From Candidatus Aenigmatarchaeota archaeon (lineage in GTDB: Archaea > Aenigmatarchaeota > Aenigmatarchaeia > GW2011-AR5): a DNA stretch of 16,830 nt. The stretch spans positions 1 through 16,830 of the forward strand of contig JAZDNV010000007.1 in assembly GCA_043799385.1 (NCBI GenBank), given 5' to 3'. The translations under genes were made by a program, and so were the position numbers. Shown here piece after piece: positions 8,414 to 15,092 of the stretch (within the stretch, counting starts at the first letter, position 1; every line of letters begins with the position of its first letter). The notes below the pieces were generated by a model. That model was not told the DNA's origin and did no database searches. It saw only the letters and a program-made list of their open reading frames with translations.

Positions 8414-9472
8414 ATGGCACTAGATACGATCGCAAAGGGAAGTTTTGATAATGTTCAGGAGGATTTTGAGACGCACAAGGCGAAGATTGCCGTCCTTGGT
8501 GCAGGCGGCGGCGGGAACAACACGATAACCGCGCTCACTGATAAGAATATTCTTGGCGCCACAACCATTGCTGTTAATACTGATGTCAAGCACCTGAATA
8601 TTTCAAGGGCTCACAAAAAATTATTGATCGGAAAGCAACTGACAAAAGGTCTGGGCGCAGGCGGTTATCCGGACGTAGGCAGAAACGCGGCCGTAGAAAG
8701 CAAAGACGAGCTTAGAGAACTTCTGCAGAGCATTGATTTAGTATTTGTGACATGTGGCCTTGGCGGCGGCACAGGCACAGGTGCGTTGCCGGTCATTGCA
8801 AAGTACGCAAAGGACGCAGGCGCTATCGTTATTGCGGCAGTGACGTTGCCGTTTAAACTTGAGGGCTCGCGTGTCGTGCGCGCAGAAGACGGATTAACGC
8901 AGCTGCGAGACGTTTGCGACACTGTAATAGTCATAGAGAACCAGCGGTTGCTGGAATTAGCCGGAAACAAGCCGCTGAAGCAGGCGTTTTCCGTTGCTGA
9001 CGACCTTATAGCTACGATGATAAAGGGCATAACCGAGACGATTTCGCAACCGTCATTAGTCAATCTGGATTATGCAGACGTACGCGCGATAATGCGTGCA
9101 GGCGGAGTAGCGTCAATAGGCGTAGGCGAGAGCGAGGAGCGAAACCGCGCAGAAGACGCGGTCATGAAGGCGTTGAACAACCCGCTGCTGGACGTTGATT
9201 ACAAAGGAGCAAATGGCGCGTTGATACAGGTAATCGGCGGTCCGGACATGAAACTGGACGAGATTAACCTTATAGGCGAGGTAATCCAGAAGCAGCTCAA
9301 TCCAGAGGCGCAGGTCATCTGGGGAGCAAGAGTGCTTCCGGAGTACAAAGGTAAGATACAGGTCATAACCATAATAACAGGAATAAAGTCGCCTTACATC
9401 ATGGGACCTGCACAGAAGGGCGAAAAAACTACAAAGTTCAAAAAAGACTTCGGCATCGACTTTGTAAAATAA
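8414..9472 (+). CDS. ftsZ: Cell division GTPase FtsZ (archaeal FtsZ2-type)
   Basis: GAGGGGNN, GLGAGG, GLGGGTGTG tubulin signature, and T7 loop QPSLVNLDYAD. PLLDVDYKGANG and IWGARV match FtsZ2. C-terminal FGIDFVK; SD-like GAGGGG upstream. Confidence 0.97.
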   Translation: MALDTIAKGSFDNVQEDFETHKAKIAVLGAGGGGNNTITALTDKNILGATTIAVNTDVKHLNISRAHKKLLIGKQLTKGLGAGGYPDVGRNAAVESKDELRELLQSIDLVFVTCGLGGGTGTGALPVIAKYAKDAGAIVIAAVTLPFKLEGSRVVRAEDGLTQLRDVCDTVIVIENQRLLELAGNKPLKQAFSVADDLIATMIKGITETISQPSLVNLDYADVRAIMRAGGVASIGVGESEERNRAEDAVMKALNNPLLDVDYKGANGALIQVIGGPDMKLDEINLIGEVIQKQLNPEAQVIWGARVLPEYKGKIQVITIITGIKSPYIMGPAQKGEKTTKFKKDFGIDFVK

Positions 9473-9602
9473 GTCGATGTAGACACATTGACGCCTTCGG
9501 CGTCGTTGTGTTTCATGCTGACCACACCCCAAGACACGGGCGGCCAGATGTAGATGATGATCAGTAAAATGGTCGTATCTCTGGCTGCCCCTTTTTCTTT
9601 TT
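9473..9602 (+). other. Two long tandem hairpins followed by an oligo(T) tract downstream of ftsZ (structured 3' UTR/terminator or ncRNA)
   Basis: Hairpin 1: acaca-tt-gacgcc-ttc-ggcgtc-gt-tgtgt, extendable to about 9473-9522. Hairpin 2: gggcggccag...ctggctgccc (9538-9590) with inner agat/atct and atgatca/tggtcgt. Followed by ctttttcttttt. Confidence 0.55.
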
Positions 9603-9612
9603 CTAAGAAAAA
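9593..9612. repeat. 20-bp direct repeat R1 (ttttctttttctaagaaaaa), internally palindromic
   Basis: Identical to 10300-10319; core tttttct-a-agaaaaa is an inverted repeat. Confidence 0.8.
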
Positions 9613-9618
9613 AAGCTA

Positions 9619-9626
9619 TTTAAATA
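9619..9626 (+). promoter_or_regulatory. Archaeal TATA box for the 9646 ORF
   Basis: TTTAAATA preceded by an A-rich BRE-like stretch, 27 nt before ATG 9646. Confidence 0.5.
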
Positions 9627-9645
9627 ATTTTTCATTTTATTACTC

Positions 9646-10296
9646 ATGAACGTTATGGGATTTGTAATATTTGAAGAGACTGAAAAATTGGTGTCATTAG
9701 AACTTACCGGATTCGGGCAGCCCTGCCAGAAGCTCTTTGACCAAACAGACGCAAGCGGATATGAGGTATTCTGTCTGTTCAGCCGAAATAATTTTAACAA
9801 CTCTTTACAAAAAGCTGATTATGAATTGTTCAATAAAAATGGCCCATGGATTGAGGTATTCAGGGATACTGTAAGAGAAGGTCACAAAGGTGCGGATGAT
9901 AAGGGCATGTTGCATATACTGTATATTTCCGGTGCAAAAACAAATCAAGAAAAGGAACAATATCTCTGGGTGCCGAAAGATGGTTTCTGGGTGCCTACTG
10001 ATGACGGAGTATTCTATCCCGGCACAATAGTACCGTTTGAAACAGTTCTCGGTAAAGAAGAAGCCCGAAGACAATTGAAGGCGAAAGGATTCCCGGATGA
10101 TAAACTTTCATTTTTTCAACGGTCGGATAATTATAAAAATAGTGAAATGTTCGCCTGTCGTAGCTTTACCATAGGTCCTGATGGTTACTACCCATTCTGC
10201 ATTGGCCTGAACCTGCCGCCTTCAGCTCCTGGTTCTTGGTTGGGTGCTTCCCGTCCGTCCTATTCTTTAGTAAAACAAGGTATAGCTCTTCCATGA
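9646..10296 (+). CDS. Hypothetical (orphan) protein; C-terminus loosely resembles CLec-fold/DGR-target ends
   Basis: 216-aa ORF, more A/T-ending codons than the neighbouring housekeeping genes (by eye), own TATA box. Confidence 0.75.
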   Translation: MNVMGFVIFEETEKLVSLELTGFGQPCQKLFDQTDASGYEVFCLFSRNNFNNSLQKADYELFNKNGPWIEVFRDTVREGHKGADDKGMLHILYISGAKTNQEKEQYLWVPKDGFWVPTDDGVFYPGTIVPFETVLGKEEARRQLKAKGFPDDKLSFFQRSDNYKNSEMFACRSFTIGPDGYYPFCIGLNLPPSAPGSWLGASRPSYSLVKQGIALP

Positions 10297-10309
10297 ACAT
10301 TTTCTTTTT
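10265..10309 (-). pseudogene. Diverged duplicate of the 3' end of the HemK2-like methyltransferase gene
   Basis: Minus strand reads KKKMFMEELYLVLLK versus KKKLFMEELYVVLLK at 10572-10616. 36/45 nt are identical and 7 of the 9 differences are synonymous. An in-frame TAG lies immediately upstream. Confidence 0.8.
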
Positions 10310-10319
10310 CTAAGAAAAA
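10300..10319. repeat. 20-bp direct repeat R2 (ttttctttttctaagaaaaa)
   Basis: Identical to 9593-9612; here part of the perfect IR ctttttct-a-agaaaaag (10304-10320). Confidence 0.8.
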
Positions 10320-10402
10320 GGCAGGAGAATCACACCCTTTCATACCTTAAGTTGATACACTTGGAAAATAGGTAATTTAAACTTTTTTCTATCTATTGAA
10401 AC

Positions 10403-10561
10403 ATGGGACTTGGAAGTTACATAAGGTTCGCAATAGGGGTTTTGCTTTCCATCGAAATACTAAGGTCATGGCTTTTTGGAAATTCAATACCAATGGTTGC
10501 CATCTATCTGTCGATAATCTTTCTGATACTTACTGTTGCATGGTTGCTGTTCAGGTTTTAG
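10403..10561 (+). CDS. Small membrane protein (52 aa, 2 TM), not in ORF track
   Basis: MGLGSYIRFAIGVLLSIEILRSWLFGNSIPMVAIYLSIIFLILTVAWLLFRF*. TTTAAA lies about 25 nt upstream; the 3' end overlaps the methyltransferase stop convergently. Confidence 0.7.
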   Translation: MGLGSYIRFAIGVLLSIEILRSWLFGNSIPMVAIYLSIIFLILTVAWLLFRF

Positions 10562-11105
10562 CTGCTTTTCTCTTCAACAACACAACATAAAGCTCTTCCA
10601 TGAACAGCTTCTTTTTGGCCAGTTCTTCAGAAGAAAAGCCATTTTCTTTCATCAGTTCTTCGACCTTTTTCTTATCCGTTAGCGATGAGTACAGCAGCAG
10701 AATCTTGCCATTCTCAGTTAAGTAATGTCTTGCCTGCTTCAGGAATTGCTCAATAATCTCCCATCCATGCTCGCCGCCGGTCGTGTCGCTGCCTTTATCA
10801 TGTTCGTCCGCAGGAAGATACGGAGGATTAAAGGCGATAAGGTCGAACCGTCCTTCCACGAATTCGAATAAATCCGATTTCACTGCATAGACGCCGAGCT
10901 TCTCAGCCTCCTTTACTGCAGATTCGTCGATATCAACTGCGTCAATGCACTCTTTTGGAATTCCTGCAGCAATCGCTGTTTTCGACTGAATGCATGAGCC
11001 GCATCCCATGTCGAGAAAGTCTTTTGGTTTCTCCTTCTTTATTATTTTGGCTAAGTGCTCGGTCATTAATTCTGAGTCTTCTCTAGGTTGGTACATAGAA
11101 ACCAT
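10551..11105 (-). CDS. HemK2/N6AMT1-like (archaeal PrmC-type) SAM-dependent N-methyltransferase
   Basis: MYQPREDSELM, LDMGCGS, VKSDLFE, FDLIAFNPPY, GGEHG, and a C-terminal LFMEEL. Start may be 11096. Confidence 0.9.
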   Translation of the reverse strand: MVSMYQPREDSELMTEHLAKIIKKEKPKDFLDMGCGSCIQSKTAIAAGIPKECIDAVDIDESAVKEAEKLGVYAVKSDLFEFVEGRFDLIAFNPPYLPADEHDKGSDTTGGEHGWEIIEQFLKQARHYLTENGKILLLYSSLTDKKKVEELMKENGFSSEELAKKKLFMEELYVVLLKRKAAKT

Positions 11106-11149
11106 ATTACTGATAAATCTTTTTTATACTTTAATTTCAATTTATTCGT

Positions 11150-11452
11150 ATGAAAAAGAAAAAGGAGCATATTTCTGTCGATGCTGTCAGGCACGTTGCA
11201 AAGCTGGCAAGACTTGAGCTGAGCGAAGCAGAGGTAAAAAAATTCTCCAAGGACCTGAACGACATTCTCGTTGCTTTCAAGGACTTGGATGCAGTGAAGA
11301 TAAGCAAAAGCGTCCAGCCTAGTTTTCAGCCGCTACCAATAAAAGACGTTTTGCGCGAAGACAAAGTCGACGAATGCTTAACGCACGAGAAAGCGATGGC
11401 GAACACGAAGCACAAGGAGAAAGGTTTCTTCAAGGGGCCTAGAGCAGTATGA
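11150..11452 (+). CDS. gatC: Asp/Glu-tRNA amidotransferase subunit C
   Basis: VRHVAKLARLELS, LRED, GFFKGPRAV; overlaps the gatA start (ATGA). Confidence 0.93.
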   Translation: MKKKKEHISVDAVRHVAKLARLELSEAEVKKFSKDLNDILVAFKDLDAVKISKSVQPSFQPLPIKDVLREDKVDECLTHEKAMANTKHKEKGFFKGPRAV

Positions 11453-12852
11453 GCTATAAGATATCTGTAAGAGAGTTTCTGCAGTTAAGCAGGAATGGCA
11501 GCATGGATTACAATGACTTCTCAGCTAAATTGGCAGAGGAAATAAAGAGGCTCGGTAAGTACAATTTCTTCAGGCACGTTGCAGAACTAAACGGAAAAGC
11601 TGAAGAAAATCTTTTCGGGCTGCCAATATCGGTAAAGGATAACATCTGCGTGAAAGGCATGCCAAGCAGCGCTGGCTCGAAAATACTTGAAGACTACATA
11701 CCGCCGTTCGACGCTACGAGCGTTGCTAGGGTGCGCGTATGCGGCGGGAACGTTCTTGGAAAAACGAACCAGGATGAGTTCGGCTTCGGCACATTCTCCA
11801 CGAATTCGCAGTACGGAGTGCCAAAAAATCCGCTCGACCCTGACCGCAGCTGCGGCGGCTCGTCAGGAGGCGCAGCAGGATTGACATCGGCTCTTGCGTA
11901 TCCGCACGTCGCTCTGGCAGAATCAACGGGCGGCTCGATATCGTGCCCTGCATCGTTCTGCAGTGTTGTCGGGTTGACGCCTACGTACGGCTTGGTCAGC
12001 AGATACGGTTTAATCGATTACGCTAATTCGCTCGATAAAATCGGGCCGATAGGCAAGAGCGTCTACGATGTCGCGCTATTGCTGACGATGATTGCAGGCC
12101 ATGACAATCGCGATTCGACTTCGATAACGCAACATCAGTTGGATGCCAAAGGCATTAGCGCCTGCTACGACTACACGAAGCACGCGAACAAAACGGATTT
12201 GAAAAAAATCAGGATTGGCGTTCCGAAAGAATATTTCAAGAACGTCGATAAGCGCGTGGAGAAAAGCGTCTGGAAAGCGATAAAGCGATTGGAAGGTTTT
12301 GGCGCAAAAATCCAGAAGATTTCTTTGCCTTACACGAAATACGCATTATCATCATATTATATTATAGCGACTGCCGAGGCGAGCACGAATCTTTCCAAGT
12401 ACTGTGGAATGAGATATGGCCTTCATCTGGAACTGGACGGCAACTTCAACGAATACTTCTCCAAGGTCCGCAGCAAGGGCTTCGGTGACGAAGCAAAGAG
12501 AAGAATAATGCTCGGAACGTTCTGCCGAATGAGCGGTTACCGCGACGCCTACTACATGAAGGCGATGCGCGTGCGAACGCTGATAATACAGGATTTCCAG
12601 AAAGCCTTCAAGAAATGCGACGTTATCGCTGCGCCGACGATGCCTATACTGCCACCGAAATTCACAGAAATAGAAAAACTAACGCCAATCGAGCAGTACC
12701 AGATGGACGTGCTCACTGTGCCGGCCAATCTTGCAGGCATACCGATGATATCATTACCGTGCGATCGCATGGTCGGACTGCACCTATTGGGCAATCATCT
12801 GAGCGAAGCGAAATTGATAGAAGTAGCGAGTGCCTTCGAGGGAGAGAAATGA
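11449..12852 (+). CDS. gatA: Asp/Glu-tRNA amidotransferase subunit A (amidase)
   Basis: GLPISVKDNI, GKTNQDEFGFG, GGSSGG, STGGSI, YYIIATAEASTNL, RSKGFGDEAKRRIMLG, DVLTVPANLAG. Confidence 0.96.
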   Translation: MSYKISVREFLQLSRNGSMDYNDFSAKLAEEIKRLGKYNFFRHVAELNGKAEENLFGLPISVKDNICVKGMPSSAGSKILEDYIPPFDATSVARVRVCGGNVLGKTNQDEFGFGTFSTNSQYGVPKNPLDPDRSCGGSSGGAAGLTSALAYPHVALAESTGGSISCPASFCSVVGLTPTYGLVSRYGLIDYANSLDKIGPIGKSVYDVALLLTMIAGHDNRDSTSITQHQLDAKGISACYDYTKHANKTDLKKIRIGVPKEYFKNVDKRVEKSVWKAIKRLEGFGAKIQKISLPYTKYALSSYYIIATAEASTNLSKYCGMRYGLHLELDGNFNEYFSKVRSKGFGDEAKRRIMLGTFCRMSGYRDAYYMKAMRVRTLIIQDFQKAFKKCDVIAAPTMPILPPKFTEIEKLTPIEQYQMDVLTVPANLAGIPMISLPCDRMVGLHLLGNHLSEAKLIEVASAFEGEK

Positions 12853-13397
12853 TAAAAGACGAAGCATTGCAAATTATGAAGGAGCACCTGAAGAAGGATT
12901 ACATGATTAAGCATTCTCTTGCAGTCGCTGCGATAATGAAAGGCGTTGCAGATTGCATTAAAGATGACGTAGAGCTCTACGAAACGATTGGAATACTGCA
13001 TGACATCGATTTCGAGAAGATATCAAAGCCGGAGGAGCACACGATAATAACGGAAATGCTGCTGAAGGAGAAAGCGTCTGATGAGCTCATCCGCAATATA
13101 AAGAGCCACAACTTCGAGCACACGAAAATCAATCCGGAAAAAAACGTGGAGCACGCGCTGATCGCCGCGGATGCGATATCCGGCCTGATAGTCGCCTGCG
13201 CGCTCGTGATGCCGTCAAAGAAACTAAGCGACGTGAAATTAGAGAGCTTGAAAGAAAAATTCAGGTCAAAGGAATTCGCCCGCAACTGCAGCAGGGAGAA
13301 GATATTGTATTGCGAGAAAATCAGTATCGACCGCGATAAGTTTTTCGAGATATCTTTGAATGCCATGAAAGGCATAGCGGATGAACTGGGGTTATAA
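12849..13397 (+). CDS. HD-domain (HDIG-like) predicted phosphohydrolase
   Basis: The ATG overlaps the gatA stop (ATGA). Metal-binding pattern KHSLAV, GILHDIDFE, IKSHN, AADAISG; C-terminal KKLSDVK...FARNCSRE. Confidence 0.88.
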   Translation: MIKDEALQIMKEHLKKDYMIKHSLAVAAIMKGVADCIKDDVELYETIGILHDIDFEKISKPEEHTIITEMLLKEKASDELIRNIKSHNFEHTKINPEKNVEHALIAADAISGLIVACALVMPSKKLSDVKLESLKEKFRSKEFARNCSREKILYCEKISIDRDKFFEISLNAMKGIADELGL

Positions 13398-13399
13398 TT

Positions 13400-14785
13400 A
13401 TGAAAATAGGTTTAGAAGTGCATGTGCAGCTGCTGACGAAGACAAAGCTTTTCTGCAGCTGCCCGAATCGCATAGTTAAAGAAGCGAATACACTTGTCTG
13501 CGAGACGTGCTTAGGCTTTCCCGGCAGCAAGCCGCGCATCAATGCGACTGCTGTCGACTACGGAATAAAAGTCGCACTGGCGCTGAATTGCAAATTACCG
13601 AAGGAAACGTTCTTCTCGAGGAAATCGTATTTCTATCCGGACATGAGCAAGAATTTCCAGATAACGCAATATGAAATACCTTTGGCAAAGGGCGGTTTGC
13701 TGAAGGTTAATGGAAAGTGGATAAGGATAAGGCGAATCAACTTGGAGGAGGACCCAGCGCGAATCGTGCACGAGGGAACGATAACAGAATCGAAATACGT
13801 TCTCGTTGATTACAACCGTTCTGGCGTGCCTTTGTGCGAAATCGTTACTGAACCGGACTTCGCTAGCCCGAAGGAAGCAAGGGCGTTTCTGCAAGAGCTA
13901 TCAAGCATTCTGGAATACTTGGGAGTATTCGATCCTAACGTCGAGGGCTCGATGCGAGTCGATTCGAATATCTCCCTGGCCGAGAATCGCGTTGAAGTGA
14001 AAAATATCTCCGGCTTCAAAGACGTAGAGCAGGCGCTAAGTTATGAGATAATAAGGCAAAACAACCTGCTGAGGAGCGGAAAGAAGATTATACTTGAAAC
14101 AAGGGCATGGGACCCGGCGTCAGGAATAACGAGAAGCCTGCGCGAAAAAGAGGGCGAGGAGGATTACGGTTATATTTTCGAGGGCGACCTGCCGCGTGTG
14201 GGCATAACAAAAAATAAAATCGCGGAAATCAAGAAGTCTTTGCCAGAGCTTGCCCACGAAAAGATAGGGCGATACGAAAATATGGGCATTGCCAAGGATT
14301 TAGCCGTATCGATAACGACAGAGCCAGAGCTTGCGAGAATGTTCGAGGAAGTGATAAATGAAATTGATAAGCATATTGCTGCGAACTTCTTTGCCAAAGA
14401 GTTAAAGAAAACGCTGAACTACAACAACCTGAGGATAAAAGATACAGGAATCGAGTCGTGGCATCTAATAAAGCTGTTGAGGATGGTTCATGAAGAGAAG
14501 ATCACAGTGAAGACAGCTGAACTGCTCTTGAGAAAAATAATCAACGAACCGCAGGACCCTGAAAAGCTGGCTGGTACAAGAGGCGTCGGAAGGATGAGCG
14601 ATGAAAGCGTTCTAAAGCCGCTAGTCGAAGAAGTCCTGAACGAGAACGCAAAGGCTATACTAGACTACAAGGCAGGAAAGGCCGGCGCGTTCGAGTTTAT
14701 TGTCGGCCAGGTCATGCGAAAAACCGAAGGCCGCGGTGACCCGGAAACCATAAGAAGATTGCTGAAGATTATGTTTGGTCAATAA
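13400..14785 (+). CDS. gatB: Asp/Glu-tRNA amidotransferase subunit B
   Basis: IGLEVHVQL.TKTKLFC, RKSYFYPD..KNFQITQY, LEED, DYNRSGVPLCEIVTEPD, EGSMRVDSNIS, VEVKN, ETR, REKE..EDY, FIVGQVMRKTEGRGDP. Confidence 0.97.
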   Translation: MKIGLEVHVQLLTKTKLFCSCPNRIVKEANTLVCETCLGFPGSKPRINATAVDYGIKVALALNCKLPKETFFSRKSYFYPDMSKNFQITQYEIPLAKGGLLKVNGKWIRIRRINLEEDPARIVHEGTITESKYVLVDYNRSGVPLCEIVTEPDFASPKEARAFLQELSSILEYLGVFDPNVEGSMRVDSNISLAENRVEVKNISGFKDVEQALSYEIIRQNNLLRSGKKIILETRAWDPASGITRSLREKEGEEDYGYIFEGDLPRVGITKNKIAEIKKSLPELAHEKIGRYENMGIAKDLAVSITTEPELARMFEEVINEIDKHIAANFFAKELKKTLNYNNLRIKDTGIESWHLIKLLRMVHEEKITVKTAELLLRKIINEPQDPEKLAGTRGVGRMSDESVLKPLVEEVLNENAKAILDYKAGKAGAFEFIVGQVMRKTEGRGDPETIRRLLKIMFGQ

Positions 14786-14787
14786 TT

Positions 14788-14967
14788 ATGGGAGTTTCAC
14801 AGAAAGGTTTTAACGAGAATCAGCGCAGGCGCTTGTTCAAGCACTACGATAAGAAGGAAACGCTACCTGAAAATATAACGACCGCGGAGAACCGATGCAC
14901 GAGTTGCGGTTTTCGCGCGCGCTACAAGTTCTTCCGGTGCCCTGAGTGCGACGCTGAGCAGAAGTAA
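14788..14967 (+). CDS. Small zinc-ribbon/rubredoxin-like protein (59 aa), not in ORF track
   Basis: MGVSQKGFNENQRRRLFKHYDKKETLPENITTAENRCTSCGFRARYKFFRCPECDAEQK*. Contains CxxCG-x9-CPxC and starts 2 nt after the gatB stop. Confidence 0.8.
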   Translation: MGVSQKGFNENQRRRLFKHYDKKETLPENITTAENRCTSCGFRARYKFFRCPECDAEQK

Positions 14968-15092
14968 ATCATATGATGCTTTATGTATTCTTAGAGTAAC
15001 TAATGACATCATTCAGCGGAATTCACTTGTGGATAACAATTAAAATGTTACTAAAAAGTAGTTGATTGGAAACTTAAACAGGTGGTAGGAAA

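Noticed and set aside
9538..9590. Possible 5S rRNA, SRP RNA or C/D-box sRNA (GGCGGCCA start, ATGATGA)
   Set aside because: Too short, lacks the 5S and SRP conserved loops, and has no properly placed CTGA box D downstream of the box C-like motif.
9593..10319. CRISPR array interpretation of the 20-bp repeats
   Set aside because: Only two copies 707 bp apart with a gene between them, and no cas genes.
10396..10590. 64-aa ORF in the track
   Set aside because: TTG start with no protein-like pattern; the overlapping frame 10403-10561 is a much better gene candidate.
11915..11955. GatA motif AESTGGSISCPA deviating from the usual GSDTGGSIRQPA
   Set aside because: The catalytic Lys and Ser residues are retained; treated as ordinary lineage variation.
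12615..12848. N-terminal extension of the HD ORF given in the track
   Set aside because: It overlaps gatA out of frame; the ATGA-coupled start at 12849 gives a normal HD protein.
15028..15041. Perfect DnaA box (TGTGGATAA) and lac-operator-like GGATAACAATT upstream of the radical SAM gene
   Set aside because: A single 9-mer with no cluster in an archaeal context; the lacO resemblance covers only one half-site. Compatible with chance.
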